A stretch of 64,000 nt of DNA from Trichoplax sp. H2. Its lineage: Eukaryota. Where the stretch lies: contig NOWV01000010.1 in assembly GCA_003344405.1 (NCBI GenBank), positions 124,001-188,000 on the forward strand, read 5' to 3'. Of the stretch, positions 12,356-32,800 are shown one piece after another. The first letter of the stretch is position 1, and each line of letters begins with the position of its first letter. Under the pieces are notes generated by a model. That model searched no databases and was not told where the DNA came from. It saw only the letters and a program-made list of their open reading frames with translations. The translations under genes were made by a program, and so were the position numbers.

Positions 12356-13793
12356 TCAGCTAACACACGTTTGATATTTACCTTCGCACTCCTAATAATT
12401 CGTAATTTGGAAAATGCATTTAATATAATTTGAGTACAAGTACCATATCCTCATCAACGCTGCATTACATAATAACACCCATACGCTGGAATAAACAACT
12501 GCGTTCAATATAAGTGTCATCTACCATTCTATTTTCAATGACCCTCACCGTACAGTACTAAAAAATGTACAGTGATTATAATTATGCATCTAGTTCTGAT
12601 ACTATGAAACATCTTTCAAGTATTGCAACTTGCAATGTGAATCTACAGCAAGCGTGAACATGGCGTGAAACTGCAAGTAGTCAAGTACTCATTATGACTA
12701 AGAGTAATCAGCTCTATTAAACATTTTCTGTATAAATAAGAACGAATGATTCACGACTGCTCGAGAGTAGAGGTACATCAAGAATCTATTTTGCAATATC
12801 TTATGCTATAATACAAGAATGGCGAAAGCTGAAAATATTTGGATACCGGTGACCCATATGGTCAAGTGGAATGACTCTGTCTATGAAATGCTGTAATTAA
12901 TTAATCAGTAGGCTGAACATTTACCAATCTTATTTAGACTGCTGTATTTATCTGATCCATACAGCGTAAAAGGCGTGTAATGGAGACATTGAAATTTATC
13001 AAAGGCTGATGATATCAATAAACCCATAACCAGTAGTTACGGTCTAAGAAACTTTATACAATACAATACATGTGAACAAAACTGCAATTTATCCATCCAC
13101 TTCAAAACTAATTCGTAGAATACTGTTGAACAAATTCGAATAAATACATTGCTGACTAACTAGTAATAGAAATCACTCGTAGGTACTTGGCATTCCCTTT
13201 ATATTTCATGCAAGAATTTTATTATAACAACTTTTATTTTACTTTTCTATGAGAAACTACAGTAGAACATGCTCTATAACATAGCCTCTGGAAGGGTTAA
13301 TGAATCCTATGCCATCCTTAACTACTCGTTACGATACAGCACTGTGATTCACTCACAAAGTCTACTGTATTAAGTATGCATGACCTCAAGCAGCTATCCA
13401 AGTCCATTTAAATATCTTCCAATGACAGTCGTGCATGGCTGCTAAATTAAATCAATCTGCAGATCCATGCCACTTCGTGCTAAATTTTATAGAAAAGAAA
13501 ATTTCAATACAATTTGGTTGCTGTCAACCAATCCTTTCAAAATTTCACTGTAGAACTTGTTACCTAATTAGCACAGCCAAACAGAAAGAAAATTTATGAT
13601 TCAAATTTTAATTACGATACTATAGATTCAATCGTGAACAATTAACTTATTTACTATAACTATAACCTGAAGACTGTTATGAAGCTGCTAACGTTTTGCA
13701 GTGACAAAACAATCGCTCTTTATCATTCAGCACGCTAACAACGAATTATCTATCGGTATTTCTTCACTAAATCAACGTAGTTAGGTTACCGCA

Positions 13794-19234
<5,441 letters not shown>

Positions 19235-20864
19235 AATTTGTTGGTTACAACTAGTATAGTAGAGTAATTATATGTAAGTCGAATCCGGATTCCAATGGAT
19301 ACTTCGAAATCGTTAATATAATTATTACCAGCCAGAATTTGTAATTCTATATTTGGCTCAATTTCAGATTTTGCTATTTGAGTAAATTCACTAGAATGTA
19401 GATATTATGAAGTTTAAAATTATAGCAACCTTTGTATATAGTAAATTCCAAAATTGATATTTGCTGCTTTATGATGTACTTTCTATAATAATAATATACA
19501 AATTAAGTTTCGTAATTTCCATATAAAATGGGTTCCGTATGCGTATCATGGCCTAAGAAACTGGAAAAGCACGATACCATCCATGACTTACGGTCTTATA
19601 ATTGATGGCAAAATCTCTTATCAAATTGAAATATCATCATAGTACTACTCTATTAGTTAAAACTGATTCTGCTATCAGCCAATAAGTGTGCACTTTATGC
19701 ACCATCACTTTATTTTGCGTAAACCACCATAATGCAATGACTGGTAGTTTCGTACGATCGATTTAGCAATGTGTGGAAAAACTGTACAGTCATGCTGAAA
19801 GGCTGTAGCCGCATACAGTACATGTACGTTATTAAATATTCGAAATTTGTAAGCTAAAGGAGATTATTTATACTAATGGAGTCAGCAAATAAAATTGTGT
19901 GGATTATAATTATAATTATTAAAGTTCGGAGGCATTCAATTATATTCTAAAATATTGATATAAAACTACATACGTTCCTCTTTACTCTCGTCAATGATAA
20001 CAAGCATGAATAGTAAGATTACAAAATGTTCTGTTGATTGCATATACGTACGGTATACAACACTCGGATAAGATTTTAGTTAGTTTAACCAATATTTTTT
20101 ATTCCATTTGGCGTATACAGTACTACTTAATAAATAAGTTATTCAGAAACATTCCTGCTCAAAGCTATCCGTCGATTCCTCAATATTTATTAATTGTATA
20201 ATTATATATAATTAATCATTCGACCGAAGTACTCGATAACTATGGCGATCAACCTTCGGTCGATTACTGCTTATTATGTTGCTTTTATAAATTATCATAC
20301 GTACTATACCCAAACTATTGCTAAGGTACTTCGCAGATGCCCATATTTTATTGTTATCCATTTGCACAGTATATCATAATAAAACAAATCTATTTCGATG
20401 TGCAAAACTTGAAATTAATCTTATTTAAGTCCATAATCACGCCGGTATGTCAACAGTTTATTATAACCGAACTTTATTATTTTAAATAGTTTGACTTACA
20501 TTGCATGATACAGAATGTATCGTACTGAATATCTTACAATTTTTACATTGAAGAGCTGGTACTGTACGATTAAATACAGCAGTTATAATTATTTTACATA
20601 AGCATATGAAACTTGAAAAACCGAACTAACTTGACAGTGTAGTAGTAAATATGTACTGAATAATTTCTGTGCATTATCCAAATTCGTAGAAAATCTATTA
20701 ATTCAGTTTGTAGTCATTACAAAAACAGGACCTACAATATGTAATATACAGTACAACAAGTGTTGATAATAGATATTACAGTCAGATAAGTGTTAAACAG
20801 ACTTTAAGCAAAATTTCATTATTCATTAACCAATACAAAATGATAAAGTGAGGTATTTCTACAT

Positions 20865-23800
20865 TTAACGGTTAGCTATTATGTTGCGGTAGATCATAGT
20901 CACATAAATCAGAATTACAACGATAATTAGTAAATCATCCAATAGCCCAAGTATACCAAAGACTGCCTCCGGAATTATGTCGAAAGGTGATAGCACATAA
21001 ATCATAGCAATCACTACACAAACTACAATTTTAACTCTAAATAGTGCTATCATGCCATTGACAGTAAAGCATTCACGTACAAAGTGCCGAAGTAAAGTAG
21101 GAAAATCTTGAACGTAGTCCCAGAGCTGAAATCGATAAAACACCTAATATTAAGCATTTTTTTACACATTCGAGAATACGCACTAAACTATTGGCATGAA
21201 TCATAACCCTTAAACCTAACACTACCGTAGATGTGCGCTTTGATATCGTAAACCACATCAAAAATTGACGAAATGCAATCCTAATACCAAACTATCAAAT
21301 ATTTAACAGATCTATGCAACATAGTTCTACTTGTATTTTCAAGAGATTAAAACCTGTTAAAGTAGAAATAAGTATTGACATAGCAGTATCACGAATATAC
21401 TGCACCTTATACGCTCGCATGTATATTTCGTAGATACTATACATCAGTGAATAGCTTTGAGGGTTCCCGAATTTCGGGCCACTTTTGCTATTCACTGCTG
21501 TACTGTACATATGTCATCAGAATCAAACTCAGTCTTAGTAAGACATAACTTGTACAAAAACGATCATGTGAAATGATTATAATGCAACAATTAGATTTCA
21601 CCATAATGCGTTTTATCCGGCTGCGTCTAATTAGTGTCAGTTTGTAGAATAAGTTAAGAGCATACTCATACAGTATCCAGCAAGAGCACTGCAGCTTTAA
21701 CATCATATAGCGCCTGAAGTAGCACACAAAACTGCGAACTACTAAATGCGACCATTCACGAATATACAAAATATAGCACTCTGGAAAGTATTAAATATAT
21801 AATACATTACCGATCGCGGTTCACCAGAAAATCTTCTATTGTACGTAGTAATGTCCACTGATACATCAGTTTCTTGTCCATCTTCGTAATTTGGAAATAA
21901 GATCGTAATCTAGCATACATTAACAGCAATAAAACATCATTAAGTTCACAAATACACGAAGCATAGCATTAAAATAAGAAAGTTTGATCTTTAGTACTGT
22001 GCAATAAGTATGTGAGAATTCGCCTTTTCCATCACGCTCACGGTACAGACGAAGTTCTATATTGTTGTATATTGATAGATACATATGAAAAAGCATCTTC
22101 TACCTACTACAAAACTATTTAATCCTACTCATGACTACACTATCAGATTACTACATTCGGAATAATAAAAGCGACTTGTAATTATAATTAACGAAGTCGC
22201 TAATGAAGCTTGTTATGCAACGTTACACATATGTGAACGATAGAGTCAAGAGGCTTTTCAGGGTATTTAGTGCACGATACGTTGCAAAGCGTAAATAGCC
22301 TGGAACACCGTTAAGGATTAACGAAGCAGTGGTCACAAGCTACACTTCCACAACCTTACGGTGACACTTAACATAGCATAAATACACAGTATTTCACTGA
22401 TATGGTGTATGTGTATAATGTGTACTCTGCACACGTATAATAATACAGGTACATTTAGAATTCTAAGACATCTAAGTTGCCTTACCTCTTGTCTACAGAT
22501 TGGACAATTCATGGGACCTAGCCATGAGCCATGTTTCCAATAAGTAATTATACATTCAGCTAATAAAATTTAGTAATTTATGGGATTAGAAATACCAAAA
22601 CAGACAAGCAGACATGTTCGTATATCACTTCTCAATTTGTCAGGTGCAACATACATCTGAATTCAATTTGCAAAACACATTGGACTTTAAAGCAATCATA
22701 ATTCTAACGATTTGAAATGCATCTATGCTAATTGTAATATCAGTGATCCTAACATACCGTATAGTACTTCGCTACAATTGCCACTGATCAAACAAAGTAA
22801 ACGATACAGTACTGTATATTACAGTATAACTTCAAACATCCCCATTTTTTTGCTTTTCGAGAAGATCACTTACAATATTCCTCCTCACAGCTATTTTAAA
22901 GGTTCTACCAGCTAACTAAGGTACTGCAAATTACTATACAGCAGGTTGAGGAAAACCCCCTTTTCAACTTTCATGCTGTAAATATATAAGCAGTATTATA
23001 ATATTTAAAATTAAGTAAGTTATAACATAACACCTATTACTACGAGGATAATGTATGAGTATTTATATGTGCAATAAAACACAACGATGCACCATGTTCG
23101 TATAGTACTGTACAGTGTATAGTATATACTATGTTTGGTATATCAATCTACGGCGGAGAATAATGTACTGTGGTTTACTATTACATTTCTACAACAATTT
23201 TTACCCAAATGCGAAAACTTACGAATACAACACCAAAATATTAATTTAGCCTGAAAACAACATAATATAATTATAACACAATCCAGCCAAATAGAAGTTT
23301 TTCAACTACAAACGTGCTCATTATTGTAACAAAGACCTGAGACAAACTCGCCTCTACTTATTGCTATGCAACTACCATCGAACAAAAACTAACTGTACAG
23401 CAAACGAATACAGTAAAACGTTTGAGACGTCTCAAACTCCGCTGAGTCTTTCATTTGCCATAATCTATGACAGTACGGTGCATTAGTAGTGAATAAACTG
23501 ATTAATTATAAGCGTATTTATAGTATCAAGTAATAAAAGGAATGAGAGTGAAAACGTATGTAATGTTAGCTAGATAAATACTGTACACATTATGAATGTA
23601 GTGAGCCCACCGACAAAATCCAGAACAGTAAAACTAACCACAAAATATGTGACCACAATTAGTTTCCACTGGCGCTCGAGGATCAAGAATGCAAATTGGA
23701 CATCTAGAATCAGCGTTATAAGATACCCTTGGTCTGCCATTGCGAATGCCCTCAGAATGATCACTGTTCGAAAGGAATGATCTAGCTTGTTCAACTGCAT

Positions 23801-23960
23801 GCTCCTGAGAAGGATGTACGCGTACACCCAAGTATCGACATCGAGATTTCCAAAGCTCGAAGAAGATAAAAGCTAAACAAATGCATAGCAATCCGCCAGC
23901 TATGAGTACAGCTTCATCACTTACTCCTTCAACCAGACTGCCCTGCACTGGATGATTCAT
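20865..23960 (-). CDS. RNF170: ER-membrane E3 ubiquitin ligase RNF170
   Basis: Four exons. VEGVSDE followed by a TM segment; RING CPICILDPRAPVETNCGHIFC|AECIITYWKHGSWLGPMNCPICRQ; YNRRFSGEPR; C-terminal YVLSPFDIIPEAVFGILGLLDD. Confidence 0.95.
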
Positions 23961-24119
23961 CCTTCTTGAATTTTACTTTATTTAGGGAAATTAATGTTTT
24001 CCCGTTATTGATGATGTGAGTAATTTATAATTAATAATTTATTTATAGTTAGTAAATCAGCATTCTACACATTGTGTTATTAAATTAACTGGTGCGTATC
24101 GAAGAAAATTTCAACCAAA

Positions 24120-24440
24120 CTACAGTATTGTGCTTTACAGTATACTGTACTGTACTTAGTCGGAGTGGCGTTTACAGAACACTACTGCATAGCAGAGACC
24201 TGCAGTGAAAGCTCTTTGCGCACATTTACATCCTTTTGCACTCTGTGCGGCTACGAATCTCTCGTAAAAATTAATTATGATCAGATTTTGTTCTGGTGTA
24301 CTGTACAATAAAACAGTAAAACGAGCTCTAGTATGATTGTAACTGACTGCTATGGACTACAATATTAAAGTAGCCCAAAACCACTGTATCTCTGTAGTGT
24401 ACAGTACAGTATACGAGTGTACAGTACAGTACTGTATAGC
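24120..24440. repeat. CAGTA/CTGTA pentamer cluster upstream of RNF170
   Basis: Clusters at ~24120-24155, ~24298-24306 and ~24390-24437, 5' of the RNF170 ATG at 23960. Confidence 0.75.
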
Positions 24441-26842
24441 TAATTGATTAGCCATGAACAACTGGAAACCCTGGTAGTGATTTGTAGTAGTCCTCGATAT
24501 AACATTGATTGAATTTTTTCGCTGTTCCCCACAAAAGTGAAATAGTAAAAAGTAACTACTAAAGCCCTTAATAAACAGTATTTTGAGCAATTCGTATAAT
24601 AATTTTGTTAGAGGGCTACGACAGTGCAGTATAATGGTATACTAAACTTTAACAACAATCCAAAGCATTTATACAGTGGACAGCTACTGCATACGTAGTC
24701 TACGGATTATGTAATTAAGGACTACTGCAACACTAGATATTAGTGGATTGCATCGGAGACAAATGTCACTCCGAACTCCGATTGGTGATGAAATACGACC
24801 ACGGTAGTTCAAAGTTGCTCATGCGAGAAATCTGTGTGATTCTTGCAGTCAATTAACCATTGTAATAATTTACTAGTATGTATTACACCGTAGTAATCGT
24901 AATTCACAAGAGTTCGATACCTCATTCTGAACAAATCGTTTTACTGAAAACCTACGAAACAAGTATAATGAACTACGAATGTACTGATTACTTCGCTAAT
25001 TAATTAGCTAGAAGTATGAGATCTTAATAGCGGTAAGTTTACAACACAGGCGTTTTACTGTACTGTGGTTGAAGAGAATTTTAGAAATCATATTTACTAG
25101 CAATAGTTCAATAACCGAGATACCTAAACACTGTAATTATGATATTTCACTTCATTCATATCTTCCTTAATAATAATTTAGCAAGATCAACAGATTGGTA
25201 AAGTAATAATTTCTCTTGTTACAACAGATCTGTACAGACTAGTAAATAGTTATAATTAAATCACTTTAAAAAACGTACAAGAAAATGTAAGCCATAATCA
25301 AGTGTTATATTCCAATCAGGCAGTAGTCAAATGTAACCTACTTAGGAGCAAAAAATTATCCTAACAACTAGTTTTATTATACTGAAAATTCTGTCTACAT
25401 TGTTACAGATACAATTCATGCTAGGAACGATGCAGCACAATGTGAATATTTTAACACATGATATCATAAGAATAGTACCGCCATTCCAATTTATAACACT
25501 GAGAACTGTGCGGATTTCTGATTACCACATATTTTATAGAACCTTAAGATCACATGCACACATGTGCGCTATTTGGTCACGTAGCTACGTCATTATACTG
25601 CCTTAAATACTTAAAGCATAATATAATAGATAAGACGTATTAAGTCTGCTTAATAAACTATGTTACAAATACCAACAAATTTGACAAATTTAATAAGTTC
25701 TATTTAACGATTGTAAAATTATTAACAGATTACTAAACAGAAATTATGAGTAAAACTTATACAGAATATGTTGAGAATACAAAAATACGGAAAGCAGTGA
25801 TAACAAATTCAACTGTACAAGTGATTACTTATCTTAGTGTACAGTATTTAAGATCAGTGATAGAGACTACTGTCATAAATAGTAGATACACAATAATTAC
25901 AATTATTTTTCTAAGTATAACTATAACTATAACGCATAACTACCGAAAATGTTGTTTTACCAACCGAAAAAAAATTCAAAAAATCTCTCGACATTGCTAA
26001 ACAATAAATAAAAACCCAGATCATCAACCTATCATGACATAAATTGCAATTATTTGTTGATATTGCATAACATGTATATATATATAATGCGCAAATGTAG
26101 CACAGTCTCATAATATTTCAAGTATTAAGTTGTATTCTGCTTAGCATATAATTTTTAATTTCACGTCCTGGATTATTATTAAACATTAATGACACGTTCT
26201 TATAGTAATACCTTAGCGATTCATACGCTGTTGCAGTAACTACTGCTTACATGTATATTAATTTGAAATACCTATTATTTATTCATGCGCTTTTATATGT
26301 GTTAATGTAATAACTGTCAAATCAAAATGTGAATTCGAGGTTATGCTGTACAATATTGAATATAACTGATTGTGAATAAATCAGGAGTAAAAATGTGTGG
26401 CTATTGCTCCACTATAATATTACTACAAGAAATTCCTTTGGAATCTTTAGAACAAGGCTTACAAATAATTATAATTCTTACGATAGCTATCATCGAAAGT
26501 AACTAAATCTGTATATTATATATTAAGAATTAGTAATTCATTACAAAAAATCGTCCGCAAAAAATTTCAGGCAATGTCGGAGAAAACATAAAAATTAACT
26601 GATTTAAGGCCTGTGGATTCTTGCATTTCACAAAAAATACGAGCCAATGTTTAACGAGTTAAATCTAACGATGGATTCTTTCCTGTAAAACAACAAACAA
26701 ACCACTTAACTGTACTTATACTATAATAACAAGGCTAAGTTTAAAAATACCATCACCATAAAAAAATATATTATAATAAATGTGATATAATACACTATTA
26801 TTATCCAAGTACCTTTTATTTGAAGATCATAAATTACAGAGA

Positions 26843-29800
26843 TTACACTCCATAAGAATTTGCAAGCCTTTCTTTTAAAGGTTGAGGAAACTGATTAGAA
26901 AAATTTCTCCAATTTTCTTCACCAACTTGCATCTTAAAGCCATGCAAAATCTAAAGCAAAAGCGTAATCTCTTTCAGGATACAATCACAAGAACGACCGT
27001 GTATAATCAGAGTACAATCTACCTTATGAAATGTTTCCTTCAAATCTTCCTTCGGACTATGCCAGGATGCAACCGCATCGCAAAAATACATAAAATCCTA
27101 ATGCACCATAATCGTCATTATGAACAACGTAGTTTAACATGGTAGCTCATAACAGCTTACAGAGAATTTACCTGAACGACACCGCCAGGGTTAACACTAA
27201 TCATCCTACAAATACCACGAAATGCAGAATCTTTTTCTTCATTATCTCTAATGCATCTTAGTGCTTTACACCTTCAAAATATGGCAGGATCAAAGTATAG
27301 TAAGTCTCTAACATTAAATTTTACTAAGTTAATTGATTAATAAAGATACACTACCATTTTTGAATGAAGTTTGGCAATTTAGGAGCAACTTCATGTGGAC
27401 AAACATATCCTAATCGTCCAACCGTAATTGCTAATGTCCAACATTGAAGGATGACTTTTTAGAATAATATCAATCATATACAACATAAAAATATAAAACG
27501 AACCCGTATTTTCTAGTAAAGTTTTGGGTATGTCATCTCTATTAAGGATTTCAATCAGTTTATCTAACACTAAAGGCAAATAGGGTTGCACATCTGGACC
27601 TAAATAAAAAATGCGAACAATTAAATACTGCTGTAATCATATTTTTTGTACCCTAATGGTTTATAGATTTTTCTTTTCAGAAAAGTAGTACATACCCATT
27701 TGCATTGCCATCTCACCGATTGCCCATGCCGAATTATTGCAAACAGACACTAAATCCGGATTTAAATTTTTTCCAAGTAAAGGCATCATATCTCCTAAAA
27801 TTAAAAAATACGATACGAATTTTTTTAAATGGTGTTTCAGTAAAATTGCCAAGAAATCTGAAACATACCAACATATTGTTGTACATGTCCGAAGCATGCC
27901 TTCGTAAGATCACCAAGCAATGCAAATGAGCTCTGTCGTACTTCATCCGTTTGATCCTATATACATTACATAAAATTAATAAACCAATTAAGAAACATTT
28001 GTATCTATTAGCTACAGTATTAAACTCATTAGTCTAAAAAACCAACCTGCATGCACTGATATAGAAGTGCCAGCAAATTACTCTTTCCAATCAGTGAATC
28101 AATATTCTTATCAATTCCTTCCGTTAATCCACTCAGTAAATCTAAAGCAACTATCATGAAATCTTTGTCCGGTTGATCATACTGATCTATAGGTATCTGA
28201 ACTGTACTCTGACTTAAGGTCTGTTCCACCAGAGACACACATCGTTGAAATACTGGCTCCGCATACGGTAAGAACCCGGATTGAAGAGCTATAGCAATTG
28301 ATGACAAACACTAAAGCCAATGCAAATTATTAAATTGCCAAATTAATGCATCTTCGATTAATATAATTTTCATAAAAATGTTAATTGAATCCTACTTCAA
28401 GCAATGGGAATAAATCTCTATCTTGATCATGTAAAGCATTCCACTTTTGTATTAACGGTGGCATCAACATAATAATTAATTCCTAGTCATAATAACATTA
28501 ATAGATTTCAACATGAATACATGTATACTACGAAATTCTTCATTACTACATCAACTACGTACCGGTTTATTAAGATGATGTCCAACAGAGTCTGCAAGCG
28601 TACCAAAGGCATCATACAATATCAGAAGGTTTTTGCGCTAAACAAACGTATATTCACATTAGTAGTCAATAGCAATGGAACTATTCTTGAACAAAGTCTT
28701 ATCTAACCTGATATTTGCTAAACGCAAAGACAAGCGTTTGAATAATATGATCCAGATAAGGAACAAGAGCAGAGCAGGCTTCTTCTTCAAGGGTAGCAAA
28801 TGCACTACATTTACGTAAAATGTATACGATGAACGATAACTCATAAGTGGTTATACTAAACGTGAAAGATTGTCTCAAAGATATCTGCAGTTTACCTGCA
28901 AGCAGCTTCTTGAACCCGCTTATTACTATCTAACAGACTCTTTAGTAACTAAAAATAATAAAATCCGTGAAAGATAATCCACCGTACTACAAGCAAAGAC
29001 AAAATTAAAATCAAACCTCTGTTATCAGATCTTGAAAAAAGCTTTTCTCAGACTGATTTACAACCCAATGTGCGTAACGACTAAGTGTCCAACATGCAAT
29101 TGAACGAACAGGAGCCTATCAAGGATATCATAAAATCTTTCAGTTTCAGCGCCGTCTAGTAACAAATAATAAAACCAACCTTATCATCGGATAATGATTT
29201 TATTAGAAAAGGAATCAAGGTAGGCAAATGTTGATTCAGCCCTCTTAAACACCCTGCAGAAGTAACAGAAACAAGTTCTTGAATTGTGTCACTTAAAAAT
29301 AGCAAATATGCAGTTGTAACCTTCTGCAACAGCCCCAAGAACAAGAATGCCTGATTCTTTAACTACCCAATCACTATTGAATAATACTTCTTTCAGGATG
29401 GGTAGTAGCACTGGCAGAAGATCATTCCCAAAAACACTCGCTAAAATATCTAAAGCCGCAGCTGAGCACTTCCCTATATAGTAAGTTAGAAGAAATAAAC
29501 CATTTTCTCCGAGAAATTATATTACATGAATATATATATATATATATATAGACGAAATCTAATAAAGCAATTACTTAGGTTCCATTCAGATAACATTTCG
29601 TCATCATCTGAGTCGTCATCATAATTATTATCTGTTGTGACGTCACCATAACCTTGGTTATCATCTATCCCATTTACGTGCTGATGACTCTGCAGCTTCG
29701 GTTTATGAAACCGTGGCTTAATATCTTCTTCCTTATCAGGAATTCCTTCATCATGTTCATCATCCTGCAATCAAATCTTTATTAATCTAATGCTATATTG

Positions 29801-32800
29801 TACAATATGCTAAAAAATATCAAATAACATGTTATCAATACGTAATTTTACAACCGTACCTTTAGTAGCATTACATCGATTTCTGAATACTTCATCCCAC
29901 TTACAAGCACAGGAACTAAACTATTCATTAACATAATTTCCAAATTTCAGATATTACAGTTATGCTTGTTTGTTATTGCACACCTAAAACTTAGTCTTCA
30001 AAAACTAATAGGGTATACGCCTAACCTTGGCAAATAAGGGCGTAATGCTTCCTTACAAATGGACTGCTCAGCTATTATTAACCAAAATTCACAAGCTTCC
30101 AGTGCAACATTTCCATCTTCATCTTGTGTGCGAACCAGCATATACTAGCGCAATTTCGAAATACATTGTAAGGTTAGGTACAATAAAACTACTAAAAAAT
30201 ATTTACATTTTAACTTACCTCAATGATGCCATTAAGAAACGGCACCAATTGGCTTATTCGAATCCCTAATAAAGTCACCAAAGCATGACAAACATTTTTC
30301 CGAACTTCACCCGATTCATCGTTAGCAACAGAGAACAAATTCTGAAATGACATACGTACAATCAGGATGAACTTTTATTGAGTAAAGGTTCTTGAATACC
30401 GTAAAGAACTAAATGTTTTCAAGCCAATTATTACACTCTAAATCAACTATATCTAACGAAAATACTCGAAAGAGTACATCGGAGAACATACCTGAATTAA
30501 ATCTTGAATATGCGGCAAAATCGTTGACGCTTGCATAAAGTGGCATATACATGCGACTGCTAATGATCTATAAAATACAGAATGTGTTTCATTAATGCTA
30601 GTAATACTAAATATCAAGTTATATGTTTGCTACAGGTCGTAACTCTGGTAAATGCGATCCGTAAGCGGTATAGTAGAAAATCCACGAAACTTAATACAAG
30701 TACTGTAATTGGATACCTAATTTTAGGACTGTAGTGTTTGATATATTGAATAAACTTTGGAATCATGAAATCCACTGGCAATCCAGATACAACATCGGCA
30801 ACATCAGCAACATCTTCGCAAATGTTATGTAATGCTAGAAAGGCACCCTGCTCGTACAGAAAATACAGGCCGAACAATAAGCATAGCAGTCACATCGACA
30901 AGCGAAATTTCTTTTTGTAATTACTAAATTACATTACTGAAAGCAGGAGTAAATTCTTCGATACCTGATCCAAGCAAAATCAATCTGCTATCATTACAGC
31001 TTATTGCTATTTTGCAATAGCTCCGATACAGTGAAACACGAAATGCTACAGTACGTATCCGACCTATCGTTCCTTATTATGCTATGCATTATAAAAAAAT
31101 TCTATGGCAGGCCCTACACTTTCGATTCGATAAAGTGTACTAATAGTACAGTACATACGAGTATTCGAGTATAGTATTCAGTCCATAAAATTGAAAATAA
31201 TGATTGTGAACATTTATATACAAATAACAAGATCTATATTCGAAATCGCACAAACGTGATAACATTGCACTCATCTTTAAAGAGTAACTGAAATGCTTTA
31301 CGAGCATATGCGTACATCGTAATCCAAGTCGGTCAATCGAGTGATAATGGCCCTTTTGATACAGGCATATTCAATAACATGAAATTAACTGAGTATGAGG
31401 ACTTTGCGAGTACTTGTGATGTTATACTGCACTATAATGTATACCGTCAAACAATATATATATATATATATATATAATTACAATCTACTAAAACCGTGAA
31501 ACGACCGTAATATTAAATGTCAAAAATCAAATTTTCCAGATGACTATGTGTATGTAGAACATCCATACAAGTTACAACAATCTAAAACAATATAAGTATA
31601 ACCCAAGATCTTTTCGAATCTACCATTGCATATGCTCGCACCGTAAATTTTATCAAGGAATAAAAATGAATTCTCATCTTGAGTACACGTATCTCCCAAA
31701 CGGTAACTGAATTACATTATAAACTAAAGATTACAATGCCTGTTTGAGGAACCAGTCAACCACTGTCGCTAAAAATTCTTCACGCGCAAACTAAATAGTA
31801 TTTGAAGATCAGTAAACCGACAAAGATAGAGATTAACTGAATGTAATTAAAAGACTGTGTATGAAATAACAGTTGCAGTTGTAAACTATATTAGCCAGAA
31901 CGTCAGCCAGTCCACCAAATGTGCACAGGTGATTAATGACTATAACTATAAGCTGTTAATAGTCCATACCAGTGGTATAGGTCGATCCGTGCCATAAAAA
32001 GCGGGATTTTTACATTTGCATCTATGAATACGCGTATATAGCACTCTACCACGTAGTACAGTAGTGCAATTAAGAAGGCAATCAACTGGTAGAGTTGAGG
32101 CAGCTTTATAAACCCTTAAGCAGTTCACGATGCATGCAGTGACACCTCAATGTAGTACAGTAAATTCAAGAATAATTTGTATAACGCCGCATGGGATTGT
32201 ACGATACTAAACTTACTGCATCAATATTAGACAATTCTATGCTAATATCCAGCTAACAAGCGTAACTGCTATAGAGAGTCGAATTTCGATTGATAACACC
32301 AAAAATCTTTCAAATTATACTACTACGAGTATAGTGCTAAAATGAAACTTAAGTAGCTATTTTGGTTACTTAATTAAAGGGTTTGATTAACATCATAAAC
32401 CAACAACGCTTTCTCTCATTATTATTACTATGATGACTGAATGACACAACAAGTAAAATGAAGTATACAATATAATACATCTAAGTAACACTAAATAAAT
32501 CATGCAACTAGGCAATAAAAGACAGTTCGCTGAATCGAACTCTTCTATTGAATTGTTAACATCCAAGAATAAACTCCCGATAAAGCGTTATTCGAAAAGT
32601 AGGTTCAATCTAATTAGCTATTACCATAACAGCTAAACTGAAATTTGTATCAAACCCTCACATCCAATTCGCACACCTTTCTACTTCTACGATTGAAACT
32701 TCATTACTACCGCAGTGCACCATGAAATACTGTACTAACACCACGATAATACATTGCCAACAACGTATATCTCACCTCACAAGCCTCATAGTTTCCGCTG

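Noticed and set aside
29530-31476. (TA)n runs at ~29530-29550 and ~31453-31476
   Set aside because: Ordinary intronic dinucleotide microsatellites.
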